This document shows positions 32,194 through 43,745 of a DNA stretch of 64,000 bases, piece after piece. The stretch is from NCBI GenBank assembly GCA_020137815.1, contig CM035351.1, forward strand, positions 2,790,001-2,854,000, in the 5' to 3' direction. Position 1 is the first letter of the stretch. The number at the start of each line of letters is the position of its first letter. A program made the position numbers and the translations under genes. The notes under the pieces were generated by a model. It ran no database searches and had not been told where the DNA came from. It saw only the letters and a list, made by a program, of their open reading frames with translations. Origin of the DNA: Hormiphora californensis (lineage: Eukaryota; Animalia; Ctenophora).

Positions 32194-35100
32194 ATGTGGC
32201 GGGTCTACCTGTTTGTGCTAATTGCCGGTCATCATTGTATCACCCACGTTAAATGCCACGCCAACAACTGCAATATAACTGAAATTGGTCCCTTTCTTGC
32301 TGACTCATGCTCGGAAAAAAATGCCACAGGATATACAACTTTCCGATGCCATAACTCAAACGTCACTTTTGATGCCTACTCGAGATTTTCCTTTGCACGG
32401 CGCAACCGGTATACCCTTGTTACTAGACTTTGTCCGGATGACTCAGCTGTCTACCAAGCCTGTGTTGTCAAATACCTATTTGATGATTTATGGTGGGGTT
32501 TTGATAAAAATTACAAGGCCCAGCTATTTGATTCTCGACCTGTGTGTGGTCGTTTGTGTTGGAATGATGTGTATCGTGACTACCTGTATACAGTTGACCA
32601 ACACTGTCCAGGGGATGAAGAGAAACAAAAATTTACCTACACCCTGCCTCGGTCTCCACAGGACACATTCCCTATCCGGCCCAGTCTTGTGTGTGACGGG
32701 AAGTGTGATTATTGGGAGACTAGTTGGTTTTGTGTTGATGAGTTGGATTGTAATGGATTGTCATATGGCGTCGTTATTCCTGGATTTGGGATATTTCCCC
32801 AATCTGTCCATGTCATTGGAGATCCTAGCCATATACCCGAGATCAGAAACTTAACATTTGAGGGAACTTGTGAATCAAATGAAATTTCTGTAGAGTATCC
32901 GTTAAGCAACCAAACCCGATGTTTTTATTTGCGCAAACATGCAGTGCTAGGCATAAGTTACTCATACCCATACTGCATCAACGGTCATGATCAGACCAAC
33001 TGCTCCTATTCCGGGTTTGTAGCGGGACATGCAAGGTCGATGGATTCCCCACAACCATTTCGACCCACATGTTATGTGCGAAAGATATGCCAATCGTGTG
33101 CGATAACAAATTGGATGGGGAGTGTGTTACCACTGACCGTCATTGCCGCCTTCACAAACACCGACTCTGTGATGGTCACAGTGACTGTAGTTCAGATGCG
33201 GATGAGAAACGTGGCGTGTGTACAGGCACTAAGAGGAAGTGTAAACGGATAATGACTCAGGTTACAGCTATGCTTCCCATTCCCTCCAATTGGGTCCAAG
33301 ATGGCGTAGTTGATTGTGTAGGAGGAGAGGACGAGGACTTCACCAGCTGGGAGAGGTGTGGAACAGGATTTACAAACAGAGTCCAGAAAGATGGGAATTG
33401 TAAAGATGTCTTCTTGTGTCGACCGGAGGAAGAATTAAAGTTTTTGGAACTGGAAGACGTTTGCTCGATTACTACCTCTGCTTGCGGAGGAAAAGTGTGC
33501 GGAATCTCAAACCAAGCAGTGAAACGTTCAGGCTTGACTGAAACAGTTGAGGGCGACAAGCGGATCATACGTAGTGGATGGTGCAACAAAGGATTGGAAA
33601 CCTTTAGACAACTGATAGGTGACAAATGTGATGAAATGGATTTCACACATCCATTTCATAAGTTTTTTGGGAAAACTCAGACCACTCAATTGATTCTCTC
33701 GACAGTCCAACAATTTGTCGCTACTTCTATGGTAACCAGTACGTCTACCAAAGTTGCAGTGGCCAGTGCCGTAACGGAAAGTGTCCCTTGGAAAAACCAA
33801 TCTTGCATTCGTCTTGTGAAAATATTGAGAATGTTCGGTATTCCATTGGCCAACCTGGTGTCACTGTGGTAAAAAAGGACAGACACGGCTATCACAACAA
33901 CTTCTTTGCCTGTAATACTAACCTTTGTATACCATTATCCAAGGTTTGTGACTTGGTTAACGACTGTGGGGATGGATCGGACGAAGAGATTTGCGAAAAT
34001 AGCGTAAAATGCCAAGGAAGTAGTAAATACATTGTAATAAGTCAAATGTGCGATGGGGCAATTGACTGTCCTGATTTGTCGGACGAATGCAACAGTGTTT
34101 GTCATCGGAAGTCTATCGAGTACACTGGATTTATGGTTTGTGCAGTGGTGATGGGTATAGTCGGGACAGTGTTGAGTAGCGCCCACATCTTCAAAAGTCT
34201 CTTCTTTGATGAACCCTCCAAGACGGATGGTTTATTTGTCAGTAAAGTATTGTCCAACCTCATCGCTCTTGGTGACCTACTCACATCATTGTACCTACTG
34301 ATTCTGGTTGCATTTAACTGGGCTCATCAAAATAGTTTCTGTGAAAAGCACTAGCTTGGGTCAGCAGCTGGTCCTGTCAGTTCATCGGTATCATAAGTAC
34401 AACAGGCACCACCATCACGTCTCTCTCCATGGCAGTTGTCAGCCTGTTCAAACTCCAAGGAACCACACGTGGACTTAGATACCGGAGGTCCAATGATATC
34501 AGTCAGAACTTTAAGAAAAAAGTCTTTGTAATGGTGGGTGCTATAATTTTTATAGCAGTCGGTTTTGCCGTTGCCCCAATTATTTCCAGCTTTGAGGATG
34601 GTTTCGTAAATGGGCTTACGTACGAAGGTGCCAATCAGCTTTTCCTGGAGTGATGACAAAAGAGAAGCTCCTGGCGATTATCCAGGGATACCATGGCACT
34701 AGGATGATCACCAGATCTGAAACTGGCCTCTCCTGGGCGAGAATCCGGAGTATTGTGAGCAGTATGTTCACTAAAGATAACGGAGGAGTACAGCACAGGA
34801 ACCTGTCCTTCTATGGAAATGATCCAGTTTGTTTGTTCAAGTTCTTTGTCCTTCCAGATGATCCTCAGGTGACCTTCGTGTGGCTTTACATTTCCCTACA
34901 ATTCGTCTGTTTCCTAACTGTAGCTGTTTGTCACACTGTCATTGGGGTTCTGGTAGCACGGAGCAAACCACCTGAGGGCAGTAATCTTGCTTCGAAGCTT
35001 AACCAGAAAATTGTGTTAGTTTGTGCCACCGATTTCTGCTGCTGGATGCCGTTTCTGATTTGTTGTGCCCTCCACACGACAGAGGTAGTTGATATGTCAC

Positions 35101-35261
35101 CGTGGTACCAGGTTTTCTCCCTCACCATTCTGCCCATCAATTCCGTTATTAACCCACTGCTCTACAACATCGAATGCTTCACTGCTGCCCTGGATTTCTG
35201 TAAGAAAAGGTTCAGGATACGATTCCAAGTGGAACCAGCTATCCCAGCTAATGACAACTAA
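32194..35261 (+). pseudogene. Intronless LDLa-repeat rhodopsin-class GPCR (GRL101/LGR-like), disrupted
   Basis: Signal peptide; LDLa motifs (CDGHSDCSSDADE, CDLVNDCGDGSDE, CDGAIDCPDLSDEC); 7TM motifs NLIALGDLL, TDFCCWMPF, LPINSVINPLLY. Lesions: 1-nt deletions at ~33027, ~33698 and ~34645, and an in-frame TAG at 34352-34354. Confidence 0.85.
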
Positions 35262-35809
35262 AGCCAATTATCAAACTGACAGACGAGTGTTCTTTCGTGA
35301 CTGTTATTATAACATTTCATATGCTGTTTGCAGGAGCGTAAAAAGCTGATTCTAAGTTTAAGTTTTGTTAAAGTGAGAGAGAACAGCAGGGATTTTCACA
35401 AAAAGTTATCTGGATACGGCTTAACTGTCCTTAACTGTCCCTAGCTGTGTTGATTGCCTTCGATATTTTTCACTATAGCCCTGGATACTCCGGCTACTTA
35501 CTGAGAACAAGAATTATTATTATATATGTTTCATAATGCTGTGTTTCCCTGCCAACGAATACTCCAACTGATCACTGATAAACGATGAGATCTGGTAAGC
35601 GCCGCTCATAGTCACACCAGACGATACCGTGCAATGTGATCTGATCGTCGTGCGCCAACGCCTAATTACAATGTTATGTGACATGTTTGGTGAAGATGTG
35701 CAGAACAGGTGCATCCTCTCGGTCCGTCTGCAAGAACTTTTCGGTGAAGTGTCAGCGGTTGGAGTGTATGCCGTTTATGAGATTGAGTGTATAGGAGTGT
35801 GAGCGAGTA

Positions 35810-35928
35810 TGTGTCTGCGTGCGTACGTTTGTATGTGTGTATGTATTCATGTGTGTATGTGTGTGGCTTTGTGTGTGCGTATGTGTGTGTGTGTGTGTAT
35901 GTGTGTGTGTGTGTATGTGTGTGTGTGT
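35810..35928. repeat. Degenerate (TG)n microsatellite
   Basis: Direct reading. Confidence 0.9.
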
Positions 35929-36273
35929 TTAGGATCTAGCAACACAGTACAAGTGTTTTGATCTTCATTTGTTTAACTCTCGTTTAATTCTAATTCTTGT
36001 GACACTAAGCTATGCATGGGAAACTTCTCACGTTCCCTCAGTCATCATACTAACGAGCTGTACTGAGCTTTCAACGCCTTTAAGTTTCAAGAAGTTAAAT
36101 CCATTCGATCGCTAATAGCACCGCTATGCTGTAATGCGTGAGGTGTGCATACATACGCTGCATTGAGAGCGCCGTGCGCAGCAAATTTTGAGCGCGCGCC
36201 ACCGAAATCCGTAATGTAATAACTTTGCGGACGACGCTTTCAAAACGGATCGGTTGTCATGTGCGCGGCGCCG

Positions 36274-36338
36274 GTAACGGTGGACGGACAGACGGACGGA
36301 CATTTAGTTAACTCCACGATCTGCTGATTTCTAAACCC
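36274..36338 (-). mobile_element. Second copy of the Helentron/DINE-like core
   Basis: Reverse complement of ~9605-9669 (GGGTTTAGAAATCAGCAGATCGT.GAGTTAACTAAATGTCCGTCCGTCTGTCCGTCCACCGTTAC). Confidence 0.8.
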
Positions 36339-36853
36339 ACTGTTCATGAAATCTTCGGCCTACCCTTCCTCCCCAACGATCAGATTATTCCTGCCTGGAG
36401 GAGTTTGGTAACAGAACTGCTAGCGAAGCATCCCGCTGTCAGTACATTTTATTCTTATCTTTGGGACACTTGGATGGATGGACGTTACCCGGTAAAGATG
36501 TGGGGCTGTTACGAGCGAACATTAAGAGGAGAACATAGGACGAACAATGTGAGCGAGGGAGGTAACTCGGCCTTGAAACGAGGCTTCGGTCATAGTAAGC
36601 CAGTGCTATGGTCATGGATCAAGAAAATAAGAGATATTCAGGCCAAAACAGACATTATTGTGTTACAAACTTTAGCTGGGAAGTCAAATTAGGGGGGTCA
36701 ATTAGGGGGGTATTCGGTTTGTACACTGATGAGATCCCATGTCTCATATGGTCAGTATACAGGTCACTGAACCCAATTTTTGGTTGCTTCACTGATTACC
36801 CCTTTACTGATCATGTATCAGTAATGAGGTAATCAGGTAAGTGGTGTGACACC
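36339..36853 (+). mobile_element. MULE/Mutator transposase C-terminal fragment with a probable terminal repeat
   Basis: 36339-36692 translates LPFLP..FYSYLWDTW..YPVKMW..RTNNVSEG.N..LK..HSKP.LW.WI, the MULE C-terminal signature; it is followed by an ACTGAT-rich tract ending ...GTGTGACACC. Confidence 0.8.
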
Positions 36854-36934
36854 CCAACCTTGTGCAGCTCACACTGCATTTTATTTCATAATGACAAGTA
36901 CGCTCTGTGATTGTTGAATTGAGTAACCACCCTT
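36853..36934 (+). repeat. 82-bp direct repeat, right copy
   Basis: Matches 30855-30936. Confidence 0.95.
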
Positions 36935-37425
36935 ACTCAACAACTCTGTGAGGGTTCGGATGATCCCACACGACCATATCTCTGCCACAATCTTTTATTA
37001 CCCAACCTGTTTCACAATACCACTACTATTTTACCCTGTCAGAGCATTGGCCTGACCATATTTTCATTTCGCGAACTGTGGTCAGAGCATTAGCCTGAAA
37101 GATATTACCTGTTTTAGAATGATTTAGCCCTGATATTGGGCCGATTTGGAGGTTGTTCAGGGGAGTTTCACCCTGACTGCCTTGGAGTATTTAAGTGCCG
37201 GCATTCGTGTACCATTGAACTGTTACATGGCTATCATAGGGCAGGTTGTTAACAATTTTAATTGTTTCTAACACTGTTAGAAAATGGGGTTTATGGGGGA
37301 TATCGGTCAAAAAACAAACAATGTTATATTGTTTAACATATTATTGTATTAATGTTAGAAGAAAGAAATTAACCAATTAAATACACACGTGACACGTCAC
37401 AAACGAACACACACAGTCAAAAACT

Positions 37426-39756
37426 TTAAACAGGTAATTCTGTGGTCATGTAGACATACCCAAAGTACACAAACCAAACGCAAAGAAATAGGGCCATCCA
37501 TCGAATCGCCTGGAAGGTTAAATACCTCCTAACTTTGTTGCCCGTCCCCTCTACCTCCCCCTCCTCTCCCACCATAATCTCTCCAGGAATGGAACTAGAG
37601 GGAGGTTTAGCATACCTCAGCCTCGCCTCAGACCCGTGAGGAGAGGCCCATTTCTGAGAGATTGGTGGCGGTAAGGCCGTTACGGGGTCTATCGGCGGCG
37701 GGGGCCGAGAAGTGTTCGGTGTACTAGATCGGAATGTCTCACCGGGAGATGTATCCACCTGACCGCTTGGATTTGGAGGGAATAGTCTCTTGCTATCATT
37801 GACAGAGAGATTAGTCAGACCGTCCACTAAAATGTTTTGTATATTGTTCTCCTCCAGGGATAGGTCACTCATTAGGTTCCTAGCTATTCCTAGGTCTTCC
37901 AGATTGGCATTGTTCTTGGACATAGTCTTGCTTGGTGCGATGGGTGTACTTTGTAGGTTTTCGTTGAAAAGATTGGGCGCTTTCTTTTTCCGTACCCGCA
38001 CAGGGGTCGTCCAACTGAGAGTAAGGGAACATGTCAGTTGACACTAAATTGAATTGTGTTATACTGTAACCTGGAAACTACAATTAGGATTTAGTGCTCC
38101 ACCTAAAATACAAGGGAGGACGAGACAAAGCAATCCCCGAATACAGAAAACGGCCCACATAATTTGTTATCCAGTCATAATTCTTCCCACATATACATTG
38201 TAACACCTGGTGACCTAGCAACTTCATTTTGTTAGGTTAAACAGGTGTCACAAAGACAGTGTGATCCTCTCGCTCAGTGACAGCAACTTGAATTGCGGTC
38301 GAAACGGCGCGCAAAACGCGCGTTGCGCTTCCAACCATAGCAACACTGTCTCGCGCGCCACGTTATCGAACAAGGTCCTGTGACTCTGTTGCTCTCGAGA
38401 GAGAGAGAGATAGAAAGAGAACTGAGTTGCACTAATTACTCAGCTCTCTCTCCTAATTCCTCTCTCTCAGTCTCCCTATTAACCTACCATCTCCGTTCGT
38501 CCTCTGGGAATGCCAGGACCTGAGAGTACCAGTGGCAGACATTCGGAAACCTCTCTCCCAGTTGTGTTACCCCACCCGGGGGCAGAGCTAACAGGACGTC
38601 TTGATCAGCTTTACTGGGGGTATCACTGCAGCAGTAGGGATAACAGGTCAGATTATTAGATCTTTACAAGGGATCAGATAGTTGGGATAGCAATGACCTA
38701 TTGATGTGTATATACACACACATTTGTATACTAGCTAGGGCTAGTAAATATATGTGATACAGACCTATTTACTTGTGCTACTACACCAACAACAAAACAA
38801 CAAAACAATAAAACCATTTACCTAGATATGAAACAGGTAGGATTGTTTGCCAGGTATTTCTCTAGCAGTATCAACCCATCTTCCTCTCGTAGGTTCACAA
38901 AGGCGTCCATGAAAGGCCAATATTCCCTCCAAGGCACCCTCTGCTGTACTGCTAAATCCCGTCCAACCCTCTCCAGCCCTCTCTCACTATCACTCCGCAT
39001 GATCCCCTGGACTATGTCCCGTCTACGGGATGATAGTTCTCGGGGAGGGGTCTTCCAGACCCGTCGAAATTCCCGGGCATCAGAGGCCTTCATGGGTCCC
39101 GCGTAGGCACAGATACTAAGGGCCGGGGACAGGGGCGAGTGTCCTGTTGCTCCTATACTGGAGGTGAAGTGGGTGTTATGGGGTGAGAGAGGGTCAATCA
39201 AGCCAGGGTGTTATTAGGGTGTTATTAGGGTGTTATTAGGTGAAGAATGCATAAAACTTGGAGATAAGATATGAACCTGGTATTAAGAAGCGATGTATCG
39301 GGGCTTTGGAAATCTGATGATAAAATGCTATCCTCCATTGACAATTCGCCCAGCACAATTTTAGATCCAAATCCGGGCCTAAAAACACGAGAAGTTCTAG
39401 GTAAGTAGGTATAGGTAAATCATTAGGGCCAAATTTTTACAACATCATAACATCACAACTGTACTGTCTAAACCAACTTACTTTTTCTTGAAGTAAATAT
39501 ACTCGGGTGTAACGGGTTGTCCCAGAAAGGGTGGTGTTGAGTTGTCGATTGACCGGACCACAGGTACAAACACACTGTGACGACTCTCCTGTACCAACTG
39601 GTCGACCTGCTCCCGGATCTCTTCTGCCTCGGCACACCTGTGGAGATATTTCTGGGTTTCCTCCGATCATTAGGGGTGTAGGGATAGAGGGAGAGGTGTG
39701 GAGTGAGAGAGGGGTGGAGGGAGAGAGAGGAGAGGGAGAGAGAGAGAGAGAGAGAC

Positions 39757-39791
<35 letters not shown>

Positions 39792-42095
39792 CAGAGACAG
39801 AGACAGAGACAGAGACAGAGACAGACATAGGGGTGGAAACAGAAAGAGATATGATATATTATAAAACTAACCTTGATCCAGCAACCTCTTGGGCCGTTTC
39901 ATCACTTTTATTTCTCCGTGTTATGTCAACCTGACTGAAAGATAACAACCACCTCACAAAGGATAGGTGTCCAAACTTGCACGCAAAATGTAGAGGTGTC
40001 TCACCGCACTAAAAATGGGAGGTGGTTCAGTATCACGCAAAGGTTCCCTTGCCTTGTTCTACCCTAGCTGCCTCACAAAGGAGGGTTTGAACATAACATA
40101 GGTACACACATACACACAGACGACTCTCTCGCTCTAGCAGATTTATGGACAATTCAATCTTTTATTCGCTTCCTAAAAAAGAGGTGTATAATTAATGCAG
40201 CCTTTATGTCCTCCATGTAGCCTAACAATCTTTCCAAACACCCTACTAACCCCAATGTTAACTAACCCCAATGTTAACTAACCCCAATGTTAACTAACCC
40301 CAATGTTAACTAACCCCTTTATCGCTTGTGTTAAAATAGCAATCAATAACAATTGATCTTCTCTCCAGATGAGCTGAACTCTGAACGTCCTCACTCGGAT
40401 ACAACTTCCTCCAGGGTTCATCGCTCAGCAAGTAGGCCATTATCCTCTCAGCTACCTCCAGATTACCTGTAAAATGTACACCGTTACCCTTAGTAACACC
40501 TTTGTAACACCTTAGTAACACCTTTGCAACACCTTAGTAACACCTTAGTAACACCTTAGTAACACCTTAGTAACACCTTTGTAACACCTTAGTTCAGATC
40601 TTGCTCTCTCTATCTCTCTCTCTCTCCCTTCTGAGAACACCAAAGAGCATGAAGGGTGCAAGAATTACACCGGTGAAGTTGGGATATATTTTGGGAAACT
40701 TTCCCCGGGAAAAAAAGATAAGCAATCGAACGATAGAGGTGTAGATTTCAGTTGGTGGTTTTTAAAATAGGCACCTCTCAGTACATTAGGGACATCAATA
40801 CAAGAAGAATGTGGATAGATCGAGTGAAGAGGAACAGTATATTGTTTCGACTCTTATAGTACCACCCACCTAACTTTGCAGCACAGTGTAAAGCATTGTA
40901 ATGACATGCTTGTTGGAGCGTTACTGGCTTGTCATATGCAGAAACCAGGTACCTTGGGTTATCTCTCATACACTGTTCTACCGTCTGGGAGGGGTTAGGT
41001 GGTTAGATCACGTGGTTAGGTGGTTAGATCACGTGGTTAGGTGGTTAGATCTTCTCCTGGTTTAACAATATGATGGATTAAAATAATGATATGAGAGCTT
41101 AGGTAGGAGAGTGAATTATGAGAGTATGAGAGAGAATTGGAACTGTTTCACTTCTCTGTTTCACTTCTCTGTTTCACTTCTCTGTTTCATTAAAACAATG
41201 CAGGCGTGACTGGTAGTGCTTGGAAAGGAAATGAGGTACACAACTATATTGAAACACACTGTAAATACACACACGCCTCTGTGTGAGGGTCAGAGACTAT
41301 AATTGGTGTATGTATTCTAGGTAGATCGGTAGGACTAATTGTGGCATAACGGACCCCGATTTACCAGGAAAAATCCTTTCCCCGAACATCCCGGTAAATC
41401 GGGGTCCGACTGTCTAATAATGATCTTACCTCCATATCCGCCTTTTCGATGGCCTGCTTGAATCTGCTGAGTTCACGGGTAGGAACTGAGGGGCATGCCT
41501 TTACAGAGAGAGTCTCCTCTCCAAACCCTGATCTCTGTAAAATATGGTGTGTAAGATATAGAACGGTAGTCACGTGATATAGAACGGTAGTCACGTGATA
41601 TAGAACATGGTGTCACGTGGTGTAGGGAATTGCTATCCCTGGCCTGATAGAATTCGATTTTGTTTCATACCACTCTCAGGACCATATTACAATATCACAG
41701 AGGGTGGGGGGAGGTGGACTCACAAAGTTGAGAGATCTCTTTCGAGCAGGCGACTTTTCTGTGTTTTCCTTTAGGAATGTCCGGACCCGCCTGACCGGGC
41801 TGTCCAGATGACCTGTCTCAGCGTAGAGACGTGCTTCTTGTTCACTGCCAAACCTCTGGAAAGGGTGGGGAATTCAGGGAGGGTGATTTATTATAGAAGT
41901 TTAAATGGGGCTCTAAATTCTCAAGAAGTAATGGGGAAGTCAAAGAGAAATTCTGATGAAGATCAACTCTCGAGAAGGTAAGGGCGTGGTTTAATTTACT
42001 TTCACGTCAATCCTTATAAAGTTCGGCTGGGATCTTACACCACTGACATAATCATTCTACTCAGTACTCTCTCATATAATATTATCTTCTCTTTT

Positions 42096-42153
<58 letters not shown>

Positions 42154-42689
42154 CTCTCTTACCTTGAAGCGCCCATTAACCTTCTTGGACTCTACAACAG
42201 CAACAGCAACCTCAGTGTACACCCTTGGAGCTCCAATGGAGGGGCTGGAGGGGGAGAAGATTCCATACCAAGCCCCTCCTCCTCCTCCTACTGATACATT
42301 GCGGTTTTCCTGTTCTCCTGTGGATATGTGTATGTTTGTATGTTTGTGTGTTTGTGTGTTTGTATATTTGTGTGTTTGTATATTTGTATGTTTGTGTGTT
42401 TGTGTGTTTGTATGCTTGCATCATGTGTACAGATGTGTAATATATGTAGACGTGGTCTATAACTAGAGTCTACACTCTACAGAATCTACATGTTCTTTAG
42501 GTGTAGACTATTGGTCATTCTAAAGTTTTGTACAGAGATATTGAGAGAGAAGAGGACGGGAAAAGGGAGTTTTGGTTGGATTGGCAATCAGTACAATCGC
42601 TTCAGTCTGATTCTTAATTGAATTTAGTACTTGTTGTCGTTAATTGATATTCCCTGTAACTCACCTAACATCTGGGTCGCACCCGCCAT
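37426..42689 (-). CDS. ANKLE2: Ankyrin repeat and LEM domain-containing protein 2 homologue
   Basis: WYGIF..VYT..GRFKRF (viroplasmin-like), NPRYLVSAYDKPVTLQQACHYNALHCAAK, ETPLHFACKFGH, AYAGPM..W, RSDSERGLERVGRDLA..VPWREYWPF. Exons: 42689-42665, 42317-42163, 41855-41724, 41534-41430, 40984-40870, 40466-40315, 40008-39872, 39637-39482, 39157-38822, 38625-38488, 38014-37426. Confidence 0.88.
41350..41412. mobile_element. Short MITE (CAGTCGGACCCCGATTTA family)
   Basis: CGGACCCCGATTTACC / GGTAAATCGGGGTCCGACTG. Confidence 0.75.
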
Positions 42690-43024
42690 CAACAGAGAAA
42701 GGGCAGTGGAACATCTCTCCTTTTAATCATGGGTATACCAACGTACATGTTCTGGAGGCAAGTGGACTGGAGAGATATGGAAGGGGACTGGGGAAATGGG
42801 GAAGGGGATTGGAGAGATGGGGCGGGGGACTGGAGAGATAGGGGCTAGGGCGGGGACTGGAGAGGTTGGGAGGGGACTGGAGAGATGGGGAAGGATCAAT
42901 ACGTATTAAACACATGCGATATCTATCAAGCAAACTAAATAATAAATAAATACAAAACTCATACAAGTCACTGTCACTGTCCAAAAAATAAAAGTATATA
43001 AAAACCCATTTCTACAGCCTACAA

Positions 43025-43594
43025 TTACCCTTTTCCAGTCCACTCTACAATTTCCTGAATCTGTGGGCCAATATCCCGCCCATCATTGTTCAAAACTCGA
43101 TCATGACTGAAACTGTCCAACCCACACTCTGAAGTAACGTTATCCACCCCCTCTGTCCAGACCCAGCCCCGCTGGGACCTCACATCCAACCCAGCCTCAA
43201 CTCTTACAGTCAGTATAGGGACGGTGGGATGGTATGTCTCCAGGAACCACTTTATATCACTTTCCCTTCTGGTGTCAGTAACAAGCCAGACCTGGCCCTG
43301 GGGAGCAGCTTCACATGCTAGCCTACAGTAATGTCCTGGGTCCTTAGACCTCCGATCTTCCCCAAGAGCTATCATTTCCTGACGATACAGCTCCTTGTAG
43401 GGCCCATCAGTTAAAAGTTCCTTGTAATTCACACCTTTTAGCTCAGCGTATTCCTTCTTTATCGCGTTGGAAAGCCGCAGAGTGGAACATTTTCCGGTAC
43501 CAAGAGCCTTCTCGATCTCCCCAGCAGCAAAGTCTTTACCGCTTTTCCTTTTCCCACTGAGAAGAATAATGGAGGAAGGAAGTGGAAGTGTCAT
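43025..43594 (-). CDS. PMVK: Phosphomevalonate kinase (animal type), single exon
   Basis: SGKRKSGKDF, LRLSNAIKKEYA, LLTDGPYKELYR, DPGHYCR, VTDTRRESDIKWF, RGWVWTEGVDNVTSECGLD; ATG at 43594, downstream of an AG acceptor at 43615-43616. Confidence 0.95.
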   Translation of the reverse strand: MTLPLPSSIILLSGKRKSGKDFAAGEIEKALGTGKCSTLRLSNAIKKEYAELKGVNYKELLTDGPYKELYRQEMIALGEDRRSKDPGHYCRLACEAAPQGQVWLVTDTRRESDIKWFLETYHPTVPILTVRVEAGLDVRSQRGWVWTEGVDNVTSECGLDSFSHDRVLNNDGRDIGPQIQEIVEWTGKG

Positions 43595-43745
43595 GATCAC
43601 CAACCAGTCATTTTCTGAATTGAAAGGGGTTAAACGATGCTGTTATAATCAAATCTTTAAACCCAACCCCAACCCAACAAACGCACATAAAACACGAAAG
43701 TAAAACAGTGATAATAAGTTAAAATATAAAAAGTAAAATGTTCGA

